Assembly: GCA_964016885.1 (NCBI GenBank)
Contig: OZ024745.1
Location: 5,890,001 to 5,954,000, forward strand
DNA length: 64,000 nt
Direction: 5' to 3'
Origin: Eledone cirrhosa
Lineage: Eukaryota
Shown here in pieces: positions 1 through 11,819 of the stretch (positions are counted from its first letter, which is position 1; each line of letters begins with the position of its first letter). Under the pieces are notes generated by a model. That model ran no database searches, was not told the origin of the DNA, and saw only the letters and a program-made list of their open reading frames with translations. Both the position numbers and the translations under genes were made by a program.

Positions 1-1719
1 GGTGGTGGGTGGTCTAGTGTTGTGGGTTTGTTCCTGGTTTGATGTGGTGGGTGGTCTAGTGTCGTGGGTTTGTTCCTGGTTTGAGCTGGTGGATGGTCTA
101 GTGTCGTGGGTTTGTTCCTGGTTTGAGGTGGTGGATGGTCTAGTGTCGTGGGTTTGTTCCTGGTTTGAGGTGGTGGATGGTCTAGTGTCGTGGGTTTGTT
201 CCTGGTTTGAGGTGGTGGATGGTCTAGTGTCGTGGGTTTGTTCCTGGTTTGAGGTGGTGGGTGGTCTAGTGTCGTGGGTTTTTTCCTGGTTTGAGGTGGT
301 GGGTGGTCTAGTGTCATGGGTTTGATTCCTGGTTTGAGGTGGTGGATGGTCTAGTGTCGTGGGTTTGATTCCTGGGTTGGGGTGGTGGGTGGTCTAGTGT
401 CGTGGGTTTGATTCCTGGGTTGGGTAGTGGATGGTCTAGTGTCGTGGGTTTGTTCCTGGTTTGAGGTGGTGGATAGTCTAGTGTCGTGGGTTTGTTCCTG
501 GTTTGAGGTGGTGGATGGTCTAGTGTCGTGGGTTTGTTCCTGGGTTTGAGGTGGTGGGTGGTCTAGTGTCGTGGGTTTGTTCCTGGTTTGAGGTGGTGGG
601 TGGTCTAGTGTCGTGGGTTTTTTCCTGGTTTGAGGTGGTGGGTGGTCTAGTGTCGTGGGTTTGTTCCTGGTTTGAGGTGGTGGGTGGTCTAGTGTCGTGG
701 GTTTGATTCCTGTTTTGAGGTGGTGGATGGTCTAGTGTCGTGGGTTTGATTCCTGGGTTGGGGTGCTGGGTGGTCTAGTGTCGTGGGTTTGATTCCTGCG
801 TTGGGGTGGTGGGTTGTCTAGTGTCGTGGGTTTGTTCCTGGTTTGAGGTGGTGGGTGGTCTAGTGTCGTGGGTTTGATTCCTGGGTTGGGGTGGTGGCTG
901 GTCTAATGTCGTGGGGTTGATTCCTGGTTTGAGGTGGTGGGTGGTCTAGTGTCGTGGGTTTGATTCCTGGGTTGGTGTGGTGGGTGGTCTAGTGTCGTGG
1001 GTTTGATTCCTGGTTTGATGTGGTGGATGGTCTAGTGTCGTGGGTTTGATACCTGGGTTGGGGTGGTGGGTGGTCTAGTGTCGTGGGTTTGATTATGGGT
1101 TGGGGTGGTGGTTGGTCTAGTTTCGTGGGATTGATTCTTGGGTTGGGGTGGTGGGTGGTCTAGTGTCGTGGGGTTGATTCCTGGTTTGAGGTGGTGGGTG
1201 GTCTAGTATCGTTGGTTTGATTATGGGTTGCGGTGGTGGGTGGTCTAGTGTCGTGGGTTTGATTCCTGGTTTGAGGTGGTGGGTGGTCTCGTGTCTTGGG
1301 TTTGATTCCTGGGTTGAGGTTGTGGGTGGTCTAGTGTCGTGGGTTTGATTATGGGTTAGGGTGGTGGGTGGTCTAGTGTCGTGGGTTTGATTCCTGGTTT
1401 GAAGTGACGGGTGGTCTAGTGTCGTGGGTTTGTTCCTGGTTTGAGGTGGTGGGTGGTCTAGTGTCGTGGGTTTGTTCCTGGGTTTGAGGTGGTGGGTGGT
1501 CTAGTGTCGTGGGTTTGTTCCTGGTTTGAGGTGGTGGGTGGTCTAGTGTCGTGGGTTTTTTCCTGGTTTGAGGTGGTGGGTGGTCTAGTGTCGTGGGTTT
1601 GTTCCTGGTTTGAGGTGGTGGGTGGTCTAGTTTCGTGGGTTTGATTCCTGTTTTGAGGTGGTGGATGGTCTAGTGTCGTGGGTTTGATTCCTGGGTTGGG
1701 GTGCTGGGTGGTCTAGTGT

Positions 1720-4700
1720 CGTGGGTTTGATTCCTGGGTTGGGGTGGTGGCTGGTCTAGTGTCGTGGGTTTGTTCCTGGTTTGAGGTGGTGGGTGGTCTA
1801 GTGTCGTGGGTTTGATTCCTGGGTTGGGGTGGTGGCTGGTCTAATGTCGTGGGGTTGATTCCTGGTTTGAGGTGGTGGATGGTCTAGTGTCGCGGGTTTG
1901 ATTCCTGGTTTGAGGTGGTGGATGGTCAAGTGTCGTGGGTTTGTTCCTGGTTTGAGGTGGTGGATGGTCTAGTGTCGTGGGTTTGTTCCTGGTTTGAGGT
2001 GGTGGATGGTCTAGTGTCGTGGGTTTGTTCCTGGTTTGAGGTGGTGGATGGTCTAGTGTCGTGGGTTTGTTCCTGGTTTGAGGGGGTGGATGGTCTAGTG
2101 TCGTGGGTTTGTTCCTGGTTTGAGGTGGTGGATGGTCTAGTGTCGTGGGTTTGTTCCTGGTTTGAGGTGGTGGATGGTCTAGTGTCGTGGGTTTGTTCCT
2201 GGTTTGAGGTGGTGGGTGGTCTAGTGTCGTGGGTTTTTTCCTGGTTTGAGGTGGTGGGTGGTCTAGTGTCGTGGGTTTGATTCCTGGTTTGAGGTGGTGG
2301 ATGGTCTAGTGTCGTGGGTTTGTTCCTGGTTTGAGGAGGTGTTTAGTCTAGTGTCGTGGGTTTGTTCCTGGTTTGAGCTGGTGGATGGTCTAGTGTCGTG
2401 GGTTTGTTCCTGGGTTTGAGGTGGTGGGTGGTCTAGTGTCGTGGGTTTGTTCCTGGTTTGAAGTGGTGGGTGGTCTAGTGTCGTGGGTTTTCTCCTGGTT
2501 TGAGGTGGTGGGTGGTCTAGTGTCGTGGGTTTGTTCCTGGTTTGAGGTGGTGGGTGGTCTAGTGTCGTGGGTTTGATTCCTGTTTTGAGGTGGTGGATGG
2601 TCTAGTGTCGTGGGTTTGATTCCTGGGTTGGGGTGGTGGGTGGTCTAGTGTCATGGGTTTGATTCCTGGGTTGGGGTGGTGGGTGGTCTAGTGTCGTGGG
2701 TTTGTTCCTGGTTTGAGATGGTGGGTGGTCTAGTGTCGTGGGTTTGATTCCTGGGTTGGGGTGGTGGGTGGTCTAGTGTCGTGGGGTTGATTCCTGGGTT
2801 GGGGTGGTAGGTGGTCTAGTGTCGTGGGTTTGATTCCTGGTTTGAGGTGGTGGGTGGTCTATTATCGTGGGTTTGATTCCTGGTTTGAGGTGGTGGATGG
2901 TCTAGTGTCGTGGGTTTGTTCCTGGTTTGAGGTGGTGGATGGTCTAGTGTCGTGGGTTTGTTCCTGGTTTGAGGTGGTGGATGGTCTAGTGTCGTGGGTT
3001 TGTTCCTGTTTTGAGGTGGTGGATGGTCTAGTGTCGTGGGTTTGTTCTTGGTTTGAGGTGGTGGGTGGTCTAGTGTCGTGGGTTTGTTCCTGGTTTGAGG
3101 TGATGGATGGTCTAGTGTCGTGGGTTTGTTCCTGGTTTGAGGTGGTGGATGGTCTAGTGTCGTGGGTTTGTTCCTGGTTTGAGGTGGTGGATGGTCTAGT
3201 GTCGTGGGTTTGTTCCTGGTTTGAGGTGGTGGATGGTCTAGTGTCGTGGGTTTGTTCCTGGTTTGAGGTGGTGGGTGGTCTAGTGTCGTGGGTTTTTTCC
3301 TGGTTTGAGGTGGTGGGTGGTCTAGTGTCGTGGGTTTGATTCCTGGATTGAGGTGGTGGATGGTCTAGTGTCGTGGGTTTGATTCCTGGGTTGGGGTGGT
3401 GGGTGGTCTAGTGTCGTGGGTTTGATTCCTGGGTTGGCGTGGTGGGTGGTCTAGTGTCGTGGGTTTGTTCCTGGTTTGAGGTGGTGGATAGTCTAGTGTC
3501 GTGGGTTTGTTCCTGGTTTGAGGTGGGTGATGGTCTAGTGTCGTGGGTTTGTTCCTGGGTTTGAGGTGGTGGGTGGTCTAGTGTCGTGGGTTTGTTCCTG
3601 GTTTGAGGTGGTGGGTGTTCTAGTGTCGTGGGTTTTTCCTGGGATGAGGTGGTGCGTGGTCTAGTGTCGTGGGTTTGTTCCTGGTTTGAGCTGGTGGATG
3701 GTCTAGTGTCGTGGGTTTGATTCCTGGGTTGGGGTGGTGGCTGGTCTAGTGTCGTGGGTTTGTTCCTGGTTTGAGGTGGTGGGTGGTCTAGTGTCGTGGG
3801 TTTGATTCCTGGGTTGGGGTGGTGGCTGGTCTAATGTCGTGGGGTTGATTCCTGGTTTGAGGTGGTGGATGGTCTAGTGTCGCGGGTTTGATTCCTGGTT
3901 TGAGGTGGTGGATGGTCAAGTGTCGTGGGTTTGTTCCTGGTTTGAGGTGGTGGATGGTCTAGTGTCGTGGGTTTGTTCCTGGTTTGAGGTGGTGGATGGT
4001 CTAGTGTCGTGGGTTTGTTCCTGGTTTGAGGTGGTGGGTGGTCTAGTGTCGTGGGTTTGTTCCTGGTTTGAGGTGGTGGATGGTCTAGTGTCGTGGGTTT
4101 GTTCCTGGTTTGAGGGGGTGGATGGTCTAGTGTCATGGGTTTATTCCTGGTTTGAGGTGGTGGATGGTCTAGTGTCGTGGGTTTGTTCCTGGTTTGAGGT
4201 GGTGGATGGTCTAGTGTCGTGGGTTTGTACCTGGTTTGAGGTGGTGGGTGGTCTAGTGTCGTGGGTTTTTTCCTGGTTTGAGGTGGTGGGTGGTCTAGTG
4301 TAGTGGGTTTGATTCCTGGTTTGAGGTGGTGGATGGTCTAGTGTCGTGGGTTTGTTCCTGGTTTGAGGAGGTGGATAGTCTAGTGTCGTGGGTTTGTTCC
4401 TGGTTTGAGCTGGTGGATGGTCTAGTGTCGTGGGTTTGTTCCTGGGTTTGAGGTGGTGGGTGGTCTAGTGTCGTGGGTTTGTTCCTGGTTTGAAGTGGTG
4501 GGTGGTCTAGTGTCGTGGGTTTTCTCCTGGTTTGAGGTGGTGGGTGGTCTAGTGTCGTGGGTTTGTTCCTGGTTTGAGGTGGTGGGTGGTCTAGTGTCGT
4601 GGGTTTGATTCCTGTTTTGAGGTGGTGGATGGTCTAGTGTCGTGGGTTTGATTCCTGGGTTGGGGTGGTGGGTGGTCTAGTGTCGTGGGTTTGATTCCTG

Positions 4701-5700
4701 GGTTGGGGTGGTGGGTGGTCTAGTGTCGTGGGTTTGTTCCTGGTTTGAGGTGGTGGGTGGTCTAGTGTCGTGGGTTTGATTCCTGGGTTGGGGTGGTGGG
4801 TGGTCTAGTGTCGTGGGGTTGATTCCTGGGTTGGGGTGGTGGGTGGTCTAGTGTCGTGGGTTTGATTCCTGGTTTGAGGTGGTGGATGGTCTAGTGTCGT
4901 GGGTTTGTTCCTGGTTTGAGGTGGTGGATGGTCTAGTGTCGTGGGTTTGTTCCTGGTTTGAGGTGGTGGATGGTCTAGTGTCGTGGGTTTGTTCCTGTTT
5001 TGAGGTGGTGGATGGTCTAGTGTCGTGGGTTTGTTCCTGGTTTGAGGTGGTGGGTGGTCTAGTGTCGTGGGTTTGGTCCTGGTTTGAGGTGGTGGATGGT
5101 CTAGTGTCGTGGGTTTGTTCCTGGTTTGAGGTGGTGGATGGTCTAGTGTCGTGGGTTTGTTCCTGGTTTGAGGTGGTGGATGGTCTAGTGTCGTGGGTTT
5201 GTTCCTGGTTTGAGGTGGTGGATGGTCTAGTGTCGTGGGTTTGTTCCTGGTTTGAGGTGGTGGGTGGTCTAGTGTCGTGGGTTTTTTCCTGGTTTGAGGT
5301 GGTGGGTGGTCTAGTGTCGTGGGTTTGATTCCTGGATTGAGGTGGTGGATGGTCTAGTGTCGTGGGTTTGATTCCTGGGTTGGAGTGGTGGGTGGTCTAG
5401 TGTCGTGGGTTTGATTCCTGGGTTGGCGTGGTGGGTGGTCTAGTGTCGTGGGTTTGTTCCTGGTTTGAGGTGGTGGATAGTCTAGTGTCGTGGGTTTGTT
5501 CCTGGTTTGAGGTGGTGGATGGTCTAGTGTCGTGGGTTTGTTCCTGGGTTTGAGGTGGTGGGTGGTCTAGTGTCGTGGGTTTGTTCCTGGTTTGAGGTGG
5601 TGGGTGTTCTAGTGTCGTGGGTTTTTCCTGGTTTGAGGTGGTGGGTGGTCTAGTGTCGTGGGTTTGTTCCTGGTTTGAGCTGGTGGATGGTCTAGTGTCG
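1720..5700 (+). repeat. Tandem duplication of a ~2.0-kb unit
   Basis: The rare variants cgcggg (1891/3881) and gatggtcaag (1921/3911) are both offset by 1990. A further related copy lies at ~7350-9670 (ORFs 2824 and 8778, offset 5954). Confidence 0.8.
2257..2288 (+). other. Example of the degenerate tRNA-like Pol III A-box/B-box pair present in each 43-bp monomer (relic; not a tRNA gene)
   Basis: GGTGGTCTAGTG (2257-2268) matches the tRNA-Glu 5' region. GGGTTTGATTCCTGGT (2273-2288) matches the T-arm GGGTTCGATTCCCGGT except for two CpG>TpG changes. The tRNA sequence is recalled from memory, not searched. Confidence 0.45.
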
Positions 5701-8700
5701 TGGGTTTGATTCCTGTTTTGAGGTGGTGGATGGTCTAGTGTCGTGGGTTTGATTCCTGGGTTGGGGTGGTGGGTGGTCTAGTGTCGTGGGTTTGATTCCT
5801 GGGTTGAGGTGGTGGGTGGTCTAGTGTCGTGGGTTTGTTCCTGGTTTGAGGTGGTGGATGGTCTAGTGTCGTGGGTTTGATTCCTGGGTTGGGGTGGTGG
5901 GTGGTCTAGTGTCGTGGGGTTGATTCCTGGGTTGGGGTGGTGGGTGGTCTAGTGTCGTGGGTTTGATTCCTGGTTTGAGGTGGCTGGTGGTCTATTATCG
6001 TGGGTTTGATTCCTGGTTTGAGGTGGTGGATGGTCTAGTGTCGTGGGTTTGTTCCTGGTTTGAGGTGGTGGATGGTCTAGTGTCGTGGATTTGTTCCTGG
6101 TTTGAGGTGGTGGATGGTCTAGTGTCGTGGGTTTGTTCCTGGTTTGAGGTGGTGGATGGTCTAGTGTCGTGGGTTTGTTCCTGGTTTGAGGTGGTGGGTG
6201 GTCTAGTGTCGTGTGTTTGTTCCTGGTTTGAGGTGGTGGATAGTCTAGTGTCGTGGGTTTGTTCCTGGTTTGAGGTGGTGGATGGTCTAGTGTCGTGGGT
6301 TTGATTCCTGGTTTGAGGTGGTGGGTGGTCTATTATCGTGGGTTTGATTCCTGGTTTGAGGTGGTGGATGGTCTAGTGTCGTGGGTTTGTTCCTGGTTTG
6401 AGGTGGTGGATGGTCTAGTGTCGTGGGTTTGTTCCTGGTTTGAGGTGGTGGATGGTCTAGTGTCGTAGGTTTGTTCCTGGTTTGAGGTGGTGGATGGTCT
6501 AGTGTCGTGGGTTTGTTCCTGGTTTGAGGTGGTGGGTGGTCTAGTGTCGTGGGTTTGTTCTTGGTTTGAGGTGGTGGATAGTCTAGTGTTGTGGGTTTGT
6601 TCCTGGTCTAGTGTCGTGGGTTTGCTCCAGGGTTTGAGGTGGTGGGTGGTCTAGTGTCGTGGGTTTGTTACTGGTTTGAGGTGGTGGGTGGTCTAGTGTC
6701 TTGGGTTTGATTCCTGGGTTGAGGTTGTGGGTGGTCTAGTGTCGTGGGTTTGATTATGGGTTAGGGTGGTGGGTGGTCTAGTGTCGTGGGTTTGATTCCT
6801 GGTTTGAAGTGACGGGTGGTCTAGTGTCGTGGGTTTGTTCCTGGTTTGAGGTGGTGGGTGGTCTAGTGTCGTGGGTTTGTTCCTGGTTTGAGGTGGTGGG
6901 TGGTCTAGTGTCGTGGGTTTGTTCCTGGTTTGAGCTGGTGGGTGGTCTAGTGTCGTGGGTTTGTTCCTGGTTTGAGGTGGTGGTTGGTCTAGTGTCGTGG
7001 GTTTGTTCCTGGTTTGAGGTGGTGGATGGTCTAGTGTCGTGGGTTTGTTCCTGGTTTGAGGTGGTGGATGGTCTAGTGTCGTGGGTTTGTTCCTGGTTTG
7101 AGGTGGTGGGTGGTCTAGTGTCGTGGGTTTTTTCCTGGTTTGAGGTGGTGGGTGGTCTAGTGTCGTGGGTTTGATTCCTGGTTTGAGGTGGTGGATGGTC
7201 TAGTGTCGTGGGTTTGATTCCTGGGTTGGGGTGGTGGGTGGTCTAGTGTCGTGGGTTTGATTCCTGGGTTGGGGTGGTGGGTGGTCTAGTGTCGTGGGTT
7301 TGTTCCTGGTTTGAGGTGGTGGATAGTCTAGTGTCGTGGGTTTGTTCCTGGTTTGAGGTGGTGGATGGTCTAGTGTCGTGGGTTTGTTCCTGGGTTTGAG
7401 GTGGTGGGTGGTCTAGTGTCGTGGGTTTGTTCCTGGTTTGAGGTGGTGGGTGGTCTAGTGTCGTGGGTTTTTTCCTGGTTTGAGGTGGTGGGTGGTGTAG
7501 TGTCGTGGGTTTGTTCCTGGTTTGAGGTGGTGGGTGGTCTAGTTTCGTGGGTTTGATTCCTGTTTTGAGGTGGTGGATGGTCTAGTGTCGTGGGTTTGAT
7601 TCCTGGGTTGGGGTGCTGGGTGGTCTAGTGTCGTGGGTTTGATTCCTGGGTTGGGGTGGTGGCTGGTCTAGTGTCGTGGGTTTGTTCCTGGTTTGAGGTG
7701 GTGGGTGGTCTAGTGTCGTGGGTTTGATTCCTGGGTTGGGGTGGTGGCTGGTCTAATGTCGTGGGGTTGATTCCTGGTTTGAGGTGGTGGATGGTCTAGT
7801 GTCGTGGGTTTGATTCCTGGTTTGAGGTGGTGGATGGTCAAGTGTCGTGGGTTTGTTCCTGGTTTGAGGTGGTGGATGGTCTAGTGTCGTGGGTTTGTTC
7901 CTTGTTTGAGGTGGTGGATGGTCTAGTGTCGTGGGTTTGTTCCTGGTTTGAGGTGGTGGGTGGTCTAGTGTCGTGGGTTTGTTCCTGGTTTGAGGTGGTG
8001 GATGGTCTAGTGTCGTGGGTTTGTTCCTGGTTTGAGGGGGTGGATGGTCTAGTGTCGTGGGTTTGTTCCTGGTTTGAGGTGGTGGATGGTCTAGTGTCGT
8101 GGGTTTGTTCCTGGTTTGAGGTGGTGGATGGTCTAGTGTCGTGGGTTTGTTCCTGGTTTGAGGTGGTGGGTGGTCTAGTGTCGTGGGTTTTTTCCTGGTT
8201 TGAGGTGGTGGGTGGTCTAGTGTCGTGGGTTTGATTCCTGGTTTGAGGTGGTGGATGGTCTAGTGTCGTGGGTTTGTTCCTGGTTTGAGGAGGTGGATAG
8301 TCTAGTGTCGTGGGTTTGTTCCTGGTTTGAGCTGGTGGATGGTCTAGTGTCGTGGGTTTGTTCCTGGGTTTGAGGTGGTGGGTGGTCTAGTGTCGTGGGT
8401 TTGTTCCTGGTTTGAAGTGGTGGGTGGTCTAGTGTCGTGGGTTTTCTCCTGGTTTGAGGTGGTGGGTGGTCTAGTGTCGTGGGTTTGTTCCTGGTTTGAG
8501 GTGGTGGGTGGTCTAGTGTCGTGGGTTTGATTCCTGTTTTGAGGTGGTGGATGGTCTAGTGTCGTGGGTTTGATTCCTGGGTTGGGGTGGTGGGTGGTCT
8601 AGTGTCGTGGGTTTGATTCCTGGGTTGGGGTGGTGGGTGGTCTAGTGTCGTGGGTTTGTTCCTGGTTTGAGGTGGTGGGTGGTCTAGTGTCGTGGGTTTG

Positions 8701-11700
8701 ATTCCTGGGTTGGGGTGGTGGGTGGTCTAGTGTCGTGGGGTTGATTCCTGGGTTGGGGTGGTGGGTGGTCTAGTGTCGTGGGTTTGATTCCTGGTTTGAG
8801 GTGGTGGGTGGTCTATTATCGTGGGTTTGATTCCTGGTTTGAGGTGGTGGATGGTCTAGTGTCGTGGGTTTGTTCCTGGTTTGAGGTGGTGGATGGTCTA
8901 GTGTCGTGGGTTTGTTCCTGGTTTGAGGTGGAGGATGGTCTAGTGTCGTGGGTTTGTTCCTGTTTTGAGGTGGTGGATGGTCTAGTGTCGTGGGTTTGTT
9001 CCTGGTTTGAGGTGGTGGGTGGTCTAGTGTCGTGGGTTTGTTCCTGGTTTGAGGTGGTGGATGGTCTAGTGTCGTGGGTTTGTTCCTGGTTTGAGGTGGT
9101 GGATGGTCTAGTGTCGTAGGTTTGTTCCTGGTTTGAGGTGGTGGATGGTCTAGTGTCGTGGGTTTGTTCCTGGTTTGAGGTGGTGGATGGTCTAGTGTCG
9201 TGGGTTTGTTCCTGGTTTGAGGTGGTGGGTGGTCTAGTGTCGTGGGGTTTTTCCTGGTTTGAGGTGGTGGGTGGTCTAGTGTCGTGGGTTTGATTCCTGG
9301 ATTGAGGTGGTGGATGGTCTAGTGTCGTGGGTTTGATTCCTGGGTTGGGGTGGTGGGTGGTCTAGTGTCGTGGGTTTGATTCCTGGGTTGGCGTGGTGGG
9401 TGGTCTAGTGTCGTGGGTTTGTTCCTGGTTTGAGGTGGTGGATAGTCTAGTGTCGTGGGTTTGTTCCTGGTTTGAGGTGGTGGATGGTCTAGTGTCGTGG
9501 GTTTGTTCCTGGGTTTGAGGTGGTGGGTGGTCTAGTGTCGTGGGTTTGTTCCTGGTTTGAGGTGGTGGGTGTTCTAGTGTCGTGGGTTTTTCCTGGTTTG
9601 AGGTGGTGGGTGGTCTAGTGTCGTGGGTTTGTTCCTGGTTTGAGCTGGTGGATGGTCTAGTGTCGTGGGTTTGATTCCTGTTTTGAGGTGGTGGATGGTC
9701 TAGTGTCGTGGGTTTGATTCCTGGGTTGGGGTGGTGGGTGGTCTAGTGTCGTGGGGTTGATTCCTGGGTTGAGGTGGTGGGTGGTCTAGTGTCGTGGGTT
9801 TGTTCCTGGTTTGAGGTGGTGGATGGTCTAGTGTCGTGGGTTTGATTCCTGGGTTGGGGTGGTGGGTGGTCTAGTGTCGTGGGGTTGATTCCTGGGTTGG
9901 GGTGGTGGGTGGTCTAGTGTCGTGGGTTTGATTCCTGGTTTGAGTTGGCTGGTGGTCTATTATCGTGGGTTTGATTCCTGGTTTGAGGTGGTGGATGGTC
10001 TAGTGTCGTGGGTTTGTTCCTGGTTTGAGTTGGTGGATGGTCTAGTGTCGTGGGTTTGTTCCTGGTTTGAGGTGGTGGATGGTCTAGTGTCGTGGGTTTG
10101 TTCCTGGTTTGAGGTGGTGGATGGTCTAGTGTCGTGGGTTTGTTCCTGGTTTGAGGTGGTGGGTGGTCTAGTGTCGTGGGTTTGTTCCTGGTTTGAGGTG
10201 GTGGATAGTCTAGTGTCGTGGGTTTGTTCCTGGTTTGAGGTGGTGGATGGTCTAGTGTCGTGGGTTTGATTCCTGGGTTGGGGTGGTGGGTGGTCTAGTG
10301 TCGTGGGTTTGTTCCTGGTTTGAGGTGGTGGATGGTCTAGTGTCGTGGGTTTGTTCCTGGTTTGAGGTGGTGGATGGTCTAGTGTCGTGGGTTTGTTCCT
10401 GGTTTGAGGTGGTGGATGGTCTAGTGTCGTGGGTTTGTTCCTGGTTTGAGGTGGTGGGTGGTCTAGTGTCGTGGGTTTGTTCTTGGTTTGAGGTGGTGGA
10501 TAGTCTACTGTTGTGGGTTTGTTCCTGGTTTGAGGTGGTGGATGGTCTAGTGTCGTGGGTTTGTTCCAGGGTTTGAGGTGGTGGGTGGTCTAGTGTCGTG
10601 GGTTTGTTCCTGGTTTGAGGTGGTGGGTGGTCAAGTGTCGTGGGTTTGTTCCTGGTTTGAGCTGGTGGATGGTCTAGTGTCGTGGGTTTGTTCCTGGTTT
10701 GAGGTGGTGGATGGTCTAGTGTCGTGGGTTTGTTCCTGGTTTGAGGTGGTGGATGGTCTAGTGTCGTGGGTTTGTTCCTGGTTTGAGGTGGTGGATGGTC
10801 TAGTGTCGTGGGTTTGTTCCTGGTTTGAGGTGGTGGGTGGTCTAGTGTCGTGGGTTTTTTCCTAGTTTGAGGTGGTGGGTGGTCTAGTGTCGTGGGTTTG
10901 ATTCATGGTTTGAGGTGGTGGATGGTCTAGTGTCGTGGGTTTGATTCTTGGGTTGGGGTGGTGGGTGGTCTAGTGTCGTGGGTTTGATTCCTGGGTTGGG
11001 GTGGTGGGTGGTCTAGTGTCATGGGTTTGTTCCTGGTTTGAGGTGGTGGATAGTCTAGTGTCGTGGGTTTGTTCCTGGTTTGAGGTGGTGGATGGTCTAG
11101 TGTCGTGGGTTTGTTCCGGGTTTGAGGTGGTGGGTGGTCTAGTGTCGTGGGTTTGTTCCTGGTTTGAGGTGGTGGGTGGTCTAGTGTCGTGGGTTTTTTC
11201 CTGGTTTGAGGTGGTGGGTGGTCTAGTGTCGTGGGTTTGTTCCTGGTTTGAGGTGGTGGGTGGTCTAGTGTCGTGGGTTTGATTCCTGTTTTGAGGTGGT
11301 GGATGGTCTAGTGTCGTGGGTTTGATTCCTGGGTTGGGGTGCTGGGTGGTCTAGTGTCGTGGGTTTGATTCCTGGGTTTGGGTGGTGGGTTGTCTAGTGT
11401 CGTGTGTTTGTTCCTGGTTTGAGGTGGTGGGTGGTCTAGTGTCGTGGGTTTCATTCCTGGGTTGGGGTGGTGGCTGGTCTAATGTCGTGGGGTTGATTCC
11501 TGGTTTGAGGTGGTGGGTGGTCTAGTGTCGTGGGTTTGATTCCTGGGTTGGTGTGGTGGGTGGTCTAGTGCCGTGGGTTTGATTCCTGGTTTGATGTGGT
11601 GCATGGTCTAGTGTCGTGGGTTTGATACCTGGGTTGGGGTGGTGGGTGGTCTAGTGTCGTGGGTTTGATTATGGGTTGGGATGGTGGTTGGTCTAGTTTC

Positions 11701-11819
11701 GTGGGATTGATTCTTGGGTTGGGGTGGTGGGTGGTCTAGTGTCGTGGGGTTGATTCCTGGTTTGAGGTGGTGGGTGGTCTAGTATCGTTGGTTTGATTAT
11801 GGGTTGGGGTGGTGGGTGG

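Noticed and set aside
85-92. E. coli Chi site GCTGGTGG in gagctggtgg variants
   Set aside because: It is one substitution from the consensus GGTGGTGG and expected by chance; nothing suggests an enterobacterial context.
1353-1361. True telomeric tract (TTAGGG or TTGGGG)n
   Set aside because: Only isolated single words occur inside a longer monomer; there are no tandem hexamer runs.
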